Of a DNA stretch of 64,000 nt, positions 19,698 to 29,496 are shown piece by piece. The translations under genes were made by a program, and so were the position numbers. Position 1 is the stretch's first letter, and every line of letters starts with the position of its first letter. Under the pieces are notes generated by a model. That model was not told the DNA's origin. It did not search any database and saw only the letters and a list, made by a program, of their open reading frames with translations. The stretch comes from a virus: positions 12,637-76,636 of the IMG/VR virus record IMGVR_UViG_3300022924_000018, one strand, 5' to 3'.

Positions 19698-19754
19698 CCA
19701 AATCTAAATTAACGCATAGCCTATGAAGCTATAATAGGGGCTCTCATCTTCCTA

Positions 19755-19946
19755 TCGTGAATGTGGAGGGACTCAAACCCTCATGGCTACTGTGTTCCTT
19801 CATTACCTTTGCGAACTCTCTAAGAAGCTTTGTTTCGGTACACACTCAATTTCACACACTTTTATGTACTCCATTTAATCGCATGACGGGATAGTGTGAA
19901 ATATAGGCCTTATTGTCTTTACCGTCTCTCTTTCCGGCACACATTC
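19755..19946 (-). ncRNA. tRNA-like RNA with a greatly expanded anticodon region
   Basis: Acceptor GAATGTG/CACATTC, D-arm CCG..CGG, T-arm GAGGG-TTTGAGT-CCCTC, about 135 nt between D- and T-arms. Confidence 0.7.
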
Positions 19947-19950
19947 ATAT

Positions 19951-20409
19951 TTACTTTTTTAAATTAATCGCATATTCCAAAATCAAAAGTGCATCTGCAT
20001 TTGCAAGTGTAACCTTAATATGAGGATATAACTGTTGTGCTTTTGCTTTAAGTTTATTTTTCCATTCGGTTGTTGATAGTTTAGACTTTGTGCCTATAAG
20101 CATTGTTTTCTGCCATGCTTGGGGAGAGGTTGTTGTTGTTTTAATTTCATTGGCAATCAAAGCCATTTCGATATGTCCGTAGCCTTGACCAAAGTTAAAC
20201 ATTGAAGAACCTCCCATTTTCGGCATACCTCCAACCTTTTCAAGCATACATTCAACATCGTAATCGTTTTGTCTTAAGGATTTAAAGAGTTCAAATAAGT
20301 CTTTTGGCGTGTCTGGCATTTTATATGAAATGATACTTCCATCAAATGTTCTAACTACTATTGCACCATTTGCTCCTGGGTCTATTGCTATTAATGTTTT
20401 ATTTTCCAT
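19951..20409 (-). CDS. RuvC-like Holliday junction resolvase
   Basis: IAIDPGANG, MLEKV, MFNFGQGYG, PQAWQK, ADALLI. Confidence 0.85.
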   Translation of the reverse strand: MENKTLIAIDPGANGAIVVRTFDGSIISYKMPDTPKDLFELFKSLRQNDYDVECMLEKVGGMPKMGGSSMFNFGQGYGHIEMALIANEIKTTTTSPQAWQKTMLIGTKSKLSTTEWKNKLKAKAQQLYPHIKVTLANADALLILEYAINLKK

Positions 20410-22481
20410 CTGCTGCGGGTTTAATCTCTCCATTATCAAGAGTGAGGGTTAGTTCTTTGTGTTCTGTTAAAATATGTCTAGCCCATTTAGCACCATCTAT
20501 AAATCCTTGTCTATAAAAAACTGCTATTTCATTATCCTTATAGTTAAACTGTGCTAATTCATCAGCATATTCAAGTATGTCTTTTTGCGTTATTGTTTCC
20601 ATATCATTTTCGTTTTTGTAATCTGCCGTCAAGTTCAATCTTAAACCCTGTACTTTTTAGCTTCTCCGCTAATTTAAGGCGTTCTGCGACACTATCTAAT
20701 TGAGGTTGTTCTTTGTCTACCGTGTAAGATATTTTGTTGTGACAGCTTATTTCATTGCCTTTAAAAGTCTGTTTCATAATTTAAAAATCTTTATCTCTTG
20801 GGTCAATTTCTTTTGCCCCCTTTATACACCAAATAAAAATACCTAAAGCTATAACACATATTCCAAATATGGTAAAAGCAGTTTCACATGTAGACATATC
20901 AAAATCTTTTAAAGGGGTTTAACAACACTTCAATTGTACTATAGAAAGGTAAAGGCATCTTATTAACAACTAACATTGGTGGTTTAGGTTGACTAATGTA
21001 ATGCTGATTAAGTGCTAATTGTGTTTCTCTAAATGTTGATTGCTTTTTCATAATGATTGGTTTAATTTGGTTAGGTAAAATTAGATTGCCAATCGCTGAC
21101 TGTACAGCGTTCCCGTCTTTTATAAATTCAATTGAACTTAAAGGTTATATCGCTTGGTTTATGGCAATCTAATGAGGTTAGTTGATATTCCAACTTGGTC
21201 TTTCATTCTCTAATTCAGCTTCCCTTCTATCACGCCTTTCTTGTTCGCTATAATCGGCTAGAACATCTGCTCTATAATCTTCTTCGTTATCCTGTTCAAT
21301 AGCTATCTGTTCAAGGGTAGGGTTGTCTATGTGCTTTTTCATAGTTTTCATGCTTTTGCAAAATCTTCCATTATTACTCCCTTATCTGTTATCGTACCTA
21401 ATTCTACACAAGTAGAATATTTTTCACTCCAAGCCTTGCAATTGTTTCTTGTTTCAGCGCCTCCATTTGATTGGGCAATTGATCTTGCCTCTTTTTCATT
21501 TTCAGCATTAATAACAAATCCAAAAGCTTTGTCAAACCAAGGTTCCCAAGGATTTACATCAGATTTTTCTAATTTATCTTTAGGTCTTAAAATAAATGTT
21601 TTCATATCTACTTATATTTAGCTTTTTCTTCTTTAGACAGTTTATCAAATTCAGGCTTTAAACTATTCATGTGTGCCTGTATCATAGGTAATACTAATCC
21701 GTTAAACCCTGAAAACCTAATAGCATACTTAAACAATTCATTCTTCTCTAGTCCTTTAAGGTCTATGGTTGTTTTTGATGTCTTTCTTTCTTTAATATCT
21801 TTCATGTGTTTATAGTGCTAGTGGTATTCTGAATGTGTGGTAAGGATATTCTTTGTCGAAGATGCTTTTCTTCTCAAACTTCTCATAAGAGAATTGTAGG
21901 TTCTTATTGCCTCCAACAATAGGCATGGTATCGTTAATTGTTAGGTACTTAAATTTTATAAATGGCGATCTTTTATCTTTACCTATATAAAGTGTACTTT
22001 CATTGGCATACCAAACTATTCTATATACTCTATCGTAAACTTTAAACTCTATCTCCCGACTAAATTCTTCATCGCCTAAAGAATTATATTGCCCCATTAT
22101 TTGAGCGCTTTCGAGGACTAATTGTATTTCTTCTAATGTATGTGGCTTCATGTGTTATAAGTTATGTGTTGCTAATAAATCAAATAGTTGCTCAAAGAAG
22201 TCATTGTCACTAGCGGTCTTAATAAAATCATTGTCACAAAACTCATCATCTCCTAAAATCCACCCGTTTCTATCTTCCTTTAATTTATAAGCTTTAAGTA
22301 GGTGTACTCTGTGAGCGTAAATACGATGTTCCATGCCATTATAAAATGGTTCGGATGCTAATGGTTCATCTCCAAAGTGAGCAGGATTAGATTTAAGTTC
22401 TTCTTCTTTATATTTCTGTAGTAAGTCATAAGACTCTTTTGTTACCATAATATATACGGCATCATCTAAATACTTTCCCAT
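20399..22481 (-). other. Small hypothetical ORFs (20399-20602, 21348-21605, 21608-21805, 21810-22151, 22155-22481 and shorter ones)
   Basis: Co-oriented, tightly packed. Confidence 0.55.
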
Positions 22482-22484
22482 AAC

Positions 22485-22988
22485 TTAATTTATCTGCAAA
22501 TTTTTATTCTCTTTAATTCTTGCACCTTTTACTTTCTCTCCTGCTTCAATAGCATTCTTAACAGCTTTCTTATCTATTTTGAATGTAGCAGGTACAGGAA
22601 TTTTAAACTTCTTAGGGATAAGCTTTTCATCCTCTATAATCGTTTCTTTTGAAGTTCTGAATGATAGCTTAATGTTCTGCACTTCGATTGATTTAACTTC
22701 AAACATTATCATGGCATTCTTTACTCTCTCTTCTAACTTTTCCTTGGCTGTTATTCGTGCCTTTTTAAGCGCTGTAAGGCGTTCAATTTCTTTATCCAAT
22801 AAATCTATCTCTCCATCATACTTTTTACAAACATAGCCGTATTTAGCGCTTTTAATCTCAAAGTTTTCTTTGTTAAGTTCTAAGGCTTTTTCTAATTCTG
22901 GTGTTACCTCGCCTCCTGCTTCAACTAATTGTTGAGCAATGGATAAATATTCTTCTTGAAGGCTGTAAAGATTTAATTCTGTACTCAT
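22485..22988 (-). CDS. Siphovirus Gp157 family protein
   Basis: LYSL...EIERLTALKK...LSFRTS...IEDEKLIPKKF...IDKKAVKNAIEAGEKVKGARI; near ERF. Confidence 0.85.
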   Translation of the reverse strand: MSTELNLYSLQEEYLSIAQQLVEAGGEVTPELEKALELNKENFEIKSAKYGYVCKKYDGEIDLLDKEIERLTALKKARITAKEKLEERVKNAMIMFEVKSIEVQNIKLSFRTSKETIIEDEKLIPKKFKIPVPATFKIDKKAVKNAIEAGEKVKGARIKENKNLQIN

Positions 22989-23157
22989 GCTTCCTGTTTT
23001 TCTAAATGTTTAAACCTTTTTTCAAACAATCCCTTCAATAACGAATTGCTCTGATATGAAAAGTGGAGGATACTTATGTACCGCTCCAATTCCTTTTTGC
23101 TTTTTATGTTCCCTACTTCCTTTGTTATCCTTAGTAGGGCTTCGCTGAATGTTTCCA

Positions 23158-23421
23158 TCATAAAGCATAATTAAACTTTTTCAACAGACTTCTATTGGAT
23201 TTTAATACCTTCTTAACCTCTTCCCATTTCTCAAATGTTTCAGGGTCTAAGCTTTCGAGGCACATTTCATTAACAAAATCTAAGGCATCTAATTCACCTC
23301 TATCATTCGTTAAATACGCTTGAAAATCTTTTTCTAATTGTTCTTGATTTGTAGCTTCTAAACTTGTGTTAGCATCGCTTTTAGAGTTAAAAAACTCGTT
23401 TAATAAATTTGTTCTTTCCAT
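23158..23421 (-). CDS. Hypothetical protein
   Basis: 87 aa ORF. Confidence 0.5.
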   Translation of the reverse strand: MERTNLLNEFFNSKSDANTSLEATNQEQLEKDFQAYLTNDRGELDALDFVNEMCLESLDPETFEKWEEVKKVLKSNRSLLKKFNYAL

Positions 23422-23575
23422 GATTTTAATTGTTTTTTAAAAATTGTTTATATAAATATTCGTATGGCGCATCTTTTTCCCCAAATGAAGCGAATGCCAT
23501 ATTATTACTTTTGTCTATAAGAATTAGTCTTTTCTTGCCTTTACCGTAATCCTTTAATAATATTTCTAATTTCAT

Positions 23576-24157
23576 CTATGCAGTTTTGCTAAGTTCTTCC
23601 TCTAATTCTTTCTCTGTTGCTTTAGATACTGACCATTTCTTTCTAACATCAGCAATCTTATACCCTTCTCTCATTGCTTTTACAACATTGGCGAAACTAG
23701 GAGCATCAGATTTATTTAACCAAGGCAAAGCAGGTTTCTCTTCTTTCTTATCTGTGCCACCTGTACTGTTATTACCACTTGCATTGTTACCATCATCATC
23801 TTCATCTATGTTAAGCGATAATACAGCCCCTACAGCGTATCTTCTCTGATAAGTGATACATGAGCCTATTCCTTGAGGATCGTTCTTTGTAGGGTTCATT
23901 TCATACGTATCCATTAAGTATTCACCACTCTCTGCATGAATAAGGATTGTAGTTAAACCATGATTACCTGTAGGATGCTGACTAATGACTAATCCTGCAT
24001 CTAATAAGGGTTGATGTATCTCTGAAAGAATATCTGGTAAGGCAGCGTATTTTGATTTAAAGAAAGGGTTGTTGCTTCCCTTGTTTACCGTTCCTACATT
24101 AGTGTGAAACTTTACCAATGCTAATGCAATGTTTTTTATTGATTCTGATTTTTCCAT
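23576..24157 (-). CDS. erf: ERF-family single-strand annealing protein
   Basis: NPFFKSKYAAL, HAESGEY, PQGIGSCITYQRRYA, DEDDDGN. Confidence 0.9.
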   Translation of the reverse strand: MEKSESIKNIALALVKFHTNVGTVNKGSNNPFFKSKYAALPDILSEIHQPLLDAGLVISQHPTGNHGLTTILIHAESGEYLMDTYEMNPTKNDPQGIGSCITYQRRYAVGAVLSLNIDEDDDGNNASGNNSTGGTDKKEEKPALPWLNKSDAPSFANVVKAMREGYKIADVRKKWSVSKATEKELEEELSKTA

Positions 24158-24159
24158 TG

Positions 24160-25320
24160 TTATTTCTCTGCGTTAAGTTGTTTAATTAATGCATCTGCAT
24201 GTTGGACTGCTAGTTTTGATATTTGATCAGGTGAATATGCTTTACTATTTGTTTGTGTATAGCATCCTTCTGCATTAGCTAATATTCCTTGCATAGCTTT
24301 AGTAGCTATATAAGCTCTAATTGTTAAGCCTCCCTCTGTGTAGTTAACCATACCTAAGCTGTCACCATCCATTCTGTCTTCGTATTCTTGCCTGTATTTC
24401 AGAAGTGGAGTTAATGATTCATTTGGTTCTGTTTTCATATTAATCAAGTCTTAAATCCCATCTACGTTCAAGAATTGTCTCATGGGATAGTTTATGTTCT
24501 TTATCTTTTGTTTTAACCTCTTTAGGAGAGGTGTAAGCTTCTATTTCTTTATCTGACATAAATAGCCCTGTGTGCGAGTTAAAAGGTCTTCCATTAGGCT
24601 TAATTACGATGTATAGAGGTAGATGCTTATAGGGTTGGTGTTTCTTCTTTGCCATGATGCTTTAAATCTATAGTCCACATTAAGAAATTGGTATAGTCTG
24701 CCATCATTACTGTAATGTTATGCAGAAGTGCTACATAAGCTTTGTATTTGTAACCTGATGGATATTTAACTTTATCCATTTCAATGCCCATAGCTAAACT
24801 ACTGTATCCATCAGAGCCTAACCAGACTCTAAAAGTGTTTTCTTTATCTATTTCATCGGGCATTATAGAAGTTATACCAAAAAGTAGATTCCTAATGTCC
24901 TCTACAATATCGTTTTCTGATTTTACTGTTGTTAATGTCATCACTTCACATAATTAATCTTGTCATCTAATGCTTTCCATTCTAACTCTACTATGAAATC
25001 TTTTAAATCCCATAGTTCATTTCTCCTAGCTATAGACTCTACTCTCTCAAAACGCTTTCTATCTATTCCTAAATCAATGCTTTCCTTTTCTAGGGTGTCT
25101 ATTCTTGCCTTTATTTGGGCTTTAATTGCGTCTATCATGGCTGTAATGATTTAAGGTCTTCTATTATCTCTTTAAAAATGGGTATAATCATAGTTAATGA
25201 CGCTTTAGATTGAATGGCAAATTGATTTAACTTACCTTGAAGTAACCTTTCTGACTGTTCGGATGTGATTAAGTATCCTTCATACTTTAAAAGTAAAGTT
25301 TTAATTTCCTGATGTTCCAT
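24160..25320 (-). other. Small hypothetical ORFs (24160-24447 with the common phage GLTIRAYIATKAMQG motif, 24440-24655, 24627-24944, 24941-25138, 25135-25320)
   Basis: Overlapping co-oriented ORFs. Confidence 0.55.
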
Positions 25321-25389
25321 ATTTGTTATTTTGTTTATGTTTTGTTGTTTAAACCCATTTCAATAATTTCACTCTACTTCTTATTCCTT

Positions 25390-26163
25390 TTACCGGACTG
25401 TGATTTTATTAGGTAGGATTTGGAACACAATGCCGTGTTTAGAGAGTTGATAGTTGTTGCTAATGTACTTCTCCCTAAATGCTCTATAGTTTGGCAAGTA
25501 GTCAGCCATTACTATGTTACGTTCCGATTTTATAAGTTTTAATCTGTTAAGGTCTTTTTGAATTTTAACCCCTGTTCGTGCGCTGCGGTTACAGAGCTTT
25601 CCAAATGATTTGTTTGATAGCATTAAATAATCTAGTTTACCAATTTCAGCGTTTTTGTATTGTGGCATATCGTTCATTTTCTTTCTTGTAAGCTTTATGT
25701 CGCTAATTGAAAGTTTGCAATCTGCCTTAGGAATATCAAGGATGTTTTGGCGTAACTTATTTGCTTTATGCTGTAAGTGTAATTTTCTACGTATTAGTGT
25801 CTGTCTTAAATATGTTAGTTGATCTTGCTTGTTATTGTAGATTTTTATAGGAACTAATGTTGTTTTGTATTGTGCTTTTAAAGCGTGGGTTGATTTAAGG
25901 TAAAGGTTGCCATTTCTTATAGAAGCTAAATCAAGTGAAATAAGCTTGTGTAAGGCACGATGAAGTGTAGCGGGTGAACAACCTATCTTTTTGGATAAAT
26001 CAGCGTATGTGAAGTTATAATGTACTGGTTTGCGCTTTAATGAAGCTAATCTTATAAAATAACCCAATTGATTTTCAAAACCTTGTTCAAAGGCAATTTG
26101 TATCAGTCCTAGTGGAAGATACTTATAGCTGAATGGTTTTAATTGTTTGGGTTCGTACTTCAA
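25390..26163 (-). CDS. Double winged-helix DNA-binding protein, copy 2 (TTG start, 257 aa)
   Basis: YNFTYADLSKKIGCSPATLHRALHKLISLDL..RNGNL and LSNKSFGKLCNRSARTGVKIQKDLNRLKLIKSE; PNKI terminus shared with copy 1. Confidence 0.7.
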   Translation of the reverse strand: MKYEPKQLKPFSYKYLPLGLIQIAFEQGFENQLGYFIRLASLKRKPVHYNFTYADLSKKIGCSPATLHRALHKLISLDLASIRNGNLYLKSTHALKAQYKTTLVPIKIYNNKQDQLTYLRQTLIRRKLHLQHKANKLRQNILDIPKADCKLSISDIKLTRKKMNDMPQYKNAEIGKLDYLMLSNKSFGKLCNRSARTGVKIQKDLNRLKLIKSERNIVMADYLPNYRAFREKYISNNYQLSKHGIVFQILPNKITVR

Positions 26164-26318
26164 TGATAAAAGGGGTTAAACATTTCACGTTGATACTAAA
26201 CTCTGCCAAGCGCCCTGTATCTTATGATTATGTCAACCCCTTTAAGGATATATTTTGGTAATGTATAATGCTTATGACGTGGGCGCTTGGCGTTGCCTTA
26301 TATCATGCACCAAAGATA
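26164..26318 (-). ncRNA. Promoter (TATCTTTG, 26311-26318) plus structured 5' leader, copy 2
   Basis: Interleaved inverted repeats 26169-26183/26230-26243 and 26205-26215/26281-26291 (11 bp). Confidence 0.7.
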
Positions 26319-26328
26319 TGAATATTTT

Positions 26329-27856
26329 TTATTTATGCTCTTTAATAAGCTTTTTTATATCAACTTCTTTAAACTCTTCTTCAAAATCGCTACCGTCTTT
26401 ATACTCTAAAGTAAACAGTTTGTTGTGTTTAAATGCTTTAGGCAGAATTTTTAAATCAATTCCATCCCACTCAATATCTTCGTAATGACGCATAAAGAAA
26501 ACTGATTTACCTTTTATGTCCTCAGCAATTGCTTTCTCCATCATAACATCAAATACAACAACGCTACCTGTATAACTTCCGTAACCACATAAAGGGACTA
26601 AAGAACTGTTTGCGTAAATCTCATCAGCTGATTTAACGGCATCCCAAGCCTGATAAGGTTCGTGCCATGCGTGACCTACTACATCATCGAATATGTCACC
26701 TTCTGTATTTATTCCAGAAGTTTCTAAAATCCTTCTTAATTGCCTTTTTGAAGTTCTTACCTCATCATCCTGAATGTAATCACTATCTATAAATATTCTT
26801 TTCATAATTTCTTTTTTTGCCATAAGCAGAACAAAGCTATTCCGGTTATGAGAGTGAGTAGTATAGGCATTATTCTCCTAGTGCTTTATTGATTGCTGCC
26901 TTAAATTTATTGTAGCTATCAGTTGATTTTGCTTTTCCTGATTCTACTTTATCCACAAAGTCTATTGCAGCTTGTAAAAGGTCTTGTGAAGCGCAAATTA
27001 ATGTAGCATTAGCTTGTGCAGCAGTAATACCAACCTCAATAAAATCTAACACATTTCTTCCCTCAGCATAAGGCGAGTTTAGTATTTTAAGAAATCCACT
27101 TCTTGATACGGCATGCCATTCACCCTTTGTCCCTTTAAATTCTTTCATTAGTCTAATATTTTTCTAATCCATTTAACCAAAAAAGGCACTAAATACAAAG
27201 CGCCTCCTATTAATAATCCTATAGTGTATTTGTTCATTTCTCATTATAATAGTTTAATCCAACCTCTATTAATCAATTCTTCAACGCTTAATCCCATGTA
27301 AGGAATTGCATAGCCTTTTGATTTTAAGTAATCAAATACATGGCATTGAAATTCATAGTTTTCCTGAAAATGGTCTATTAGGTTATAACGATTTACATTA
27401 AATTCAAATTTTTCACGCAAATAATTATAGTCATGGATAGATAGTGATGAAATAGGTTTGAGTTGTAAAAATGTGTCTTCTAGAGAGTAAACACCATATT
27501 TTTGAGAAAATCCACTTTTATATTCTATTGAAGGTGTATATTTTATAAATATAGAACCTTTACTTACACCTATAATAACGCCAAAATGAACGTATCTCTT
27601 TGATTTTACAATAGCACCTAAATATTGTCCAAAAAACTTTTCTTTGTTTTCGAGTGTGTTTTCCATATCATTAAATCTGAAATACTAATCTCTGTATATA
27701 CCCCTTATGCATTAACAAGAAGTTTAACGGTATTTTGCTGAGGTTAGCGAGACTTTCGAAGTCTGCATCTACATTTCCACCTTTATGTATTGAAGTGGCT
27801 AATTGAGGATGTTTATTGAACACTTGTTTGAGTGCTATGATTTTTTCAGTTTCCAT
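26329..27856 (-). other. Hypothetical ORFs (26329-26823, 26870-27148, 27244-27666, 27671-27856)
   Basis: Co-oriented ORFs. Confidence 0.55.
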
Positions 27857-27858
27857 GA

Positions 27859-28290
27859 TTACAATTCTAAAAATTCCTTAATTGATTGAATAATTTTCTC
27901 TTTGTTCTTAGCGTATAGGTTAAAGTTCCTTTTGCTAGGGTGAATGGTATAAAGCCATTGAGTATTGCATCCCCATGTTTTGTCTTTAGTTGCTATATAA
28001 TCTCTGGCAACATTGCCTAATACCCAAACTTTATTGGCTGATTGCACTTTTATTTCCAGTGTATCATCCCAATGCTTATCCATTTGTTCCTGAGTAGGTT
28101 TTAAATGCCCTCCGTTAGCATCAAATCCTGTGAATGAACCAAACACAGCATCAAAGTCAAAAATGCCTTGTGCAGATTCTTTTGTAATGCCTACTTCTGC
28201 TAGCCATTGATACAGCATTGTGGTATCGTATGGGGTTTCTTGCTTTACAAATGGCAACGCTTGGCCAATTATTAATATTCTATTTTTCAT
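27859..28290 (-). CDS. Uracil-DNA glycosylase superfamily-like protein
   Basis: Motif A-like ILIIGQALP and motif B-like IHPSKRN. Confidence 0.7.
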   Translation of the reverse strand: MKNRILIIGQALPFVKQETPYDTTMLYQWLAEVGITKESAQGIFDFDAVFGSFTGFDANGGHLKPTQEQMDKHWDDTLEIKVQSANKVWVLGNVARDYIATKDKTWGCNTQWLYTIHPSKRNFNLYAKNKEKIIQSIKEFLEL

Positions 28291-28852
28291 GATATCTCCA
28301 TTTACTTCCCAAGCATGTTTTTGAATTATCTTTTAATGCCCTCCAAACTGATTTGGTAGCAGCTTTAGCTTTTATAGCCTCTTTAATTGAAGGCCATGTT
28401 TTAATTATCTGATCTGTTTTTTTGTCTATTTGGTCGACTTTTATACATTTAGGTGCTGTGCCATTAATTTTACCTGCCGTATTGTGAGTTTTTAAAACCT
28501 CTATCATGTGCTTTTGGTTCATCGAGTTATTACACCATTCAAGATTTTCAAGTCTATTATCGTCTTTGATGCCGTTGATATGATTTATCTGGGGATATTT
28601 TGTTGGGTTTGGAATAAAGGCTAACGCAACTAACCTATGAGTTAAAAACATATGTGATTTTAAATCCTTTCGTAAACATATTTTTAAATAACCTTGTACG
28701 TCTTTTTTAGGAGTCATAATTGATGAAGGTATTGAGTAATTACCTCTTTTTTCCGTTACTACAAGCCTATCTAATGACTTTATTCTACCAACATCACTAA
28801 CTTCGTATAGTCCTTCAAAGCCCAATATGGGTTTCCATTCTTCTTCAAACAT
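28280..28852 (-). CDS. NUMOD4-HNH homing endonuclease
   Basis: EEWKPILGFEGLYEVSDVGRIKS; HRLVALAFIPNP; NHINGIKDDNRLENLEW. Confidence 0.92.
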   Translation of the reverse strand: MFEEEWKPILGFEGLYEVSDVGRIKSLDRLVVTEKRGNYSIPSSIMTPKKDVQGYLKICLRKDLKSHMFLTHRLVALAFIPNPTKYPQINHINGIKDDNRLENLEWCNNSMNQKHMIEVLKTHNTAGKINGTAPKCIKVDQIDKKTDQIIKTWPSIKEAIKAKAATKSVWRALKDNSKTCLGSKWRYHEK

Positions 28853-29387
28853 GATATGTGCATTTAGCAGCTTCTTTTAAGCTTGGTTTATGTCCTAATG
28901 ATTTCTCTGTTCTTTTAAATGATGTTTCCCACATCTTATCTACTTTGATATTTTTAATACCCTCTACGCTTGCGTGTGCTAAATGTAATATTCCTTTAAA
29001 CCCTACTTTCCAATAGTATTTTTTAGGCAATCTAACACACATCATCAATTCGGGTATAGGCGCTTGCCTTGTTTTTACATGGCTATCTAATCCGAAGTAT
29101 TGAACCCATGAAATTTCTTTACCAATCTTATATCGTAATCCGCTGTTTCCCTCTCCAATATCCTCTAAGTAAAATCCGTTTGCTAAAGCCCATTCTAAAA
29201 CAGTTTCTTTATTCATGTTGGGAAACTGCAAACTCAATATTAAGGCATCGTTAGGGATTTCTAATTTATCAGGATTAACAATTGTTTTCCATCCTACTAA
29301 TTCAGGATTACGAGCGAATAAAGAAGCGAACGTACAGCCAATATTTTTGCTGTTGCACATCCATTTCCTATTTAAAGTAGTTTCCAT
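28845..29387 (-). CDS. Hypothetical protein
   Basis: 180 aa, overlaps HNH start. Confidence 0.6.
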   Translation of the reverse strand: METTLNRKWMCNSKNIGCTFASLFARNPELVGWKTIVNPDKLEIPNDALILSLQFPNMNKETVLEWALANGFYLEDIGEGNSGLRYKIGKEISWVQYFGLDSHVKTRQAPIPELMMCVRLPKKYYWKVGFKGILHLAHASVEGIKNIKVDKMWETSFKRTEKSLGHKPSLKEAAKCTYHV

Positions 29388-29496
29388 AACTCAACAATTA
29401 AAGTTTCAAACATAACCCCTAATATGAGGCATTCTACTATTACCAAGCCTTTTACAACTATTGTATTTTCAGCTTTATTACCTATGTTAACGTTCA

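Noticed and set aside
19755-19946. Canonical tRNA, tmRNA or intron-containing tRNA
   Set aside because: No 7-nt anticodon loop, no G3:U70, insert too short for a self-splicing intron; kept as tRNA-like ncRNA
18491-26318. Known RNA-guided systems (TnpB/IscB, IS110 bridge RNA, TIGR-Tas) for the two cassettes
   Set aside because: No RuvC, HNH, DEDD or Nop motifs recognisable in the proteins, and no in-window target for the B helices was seen
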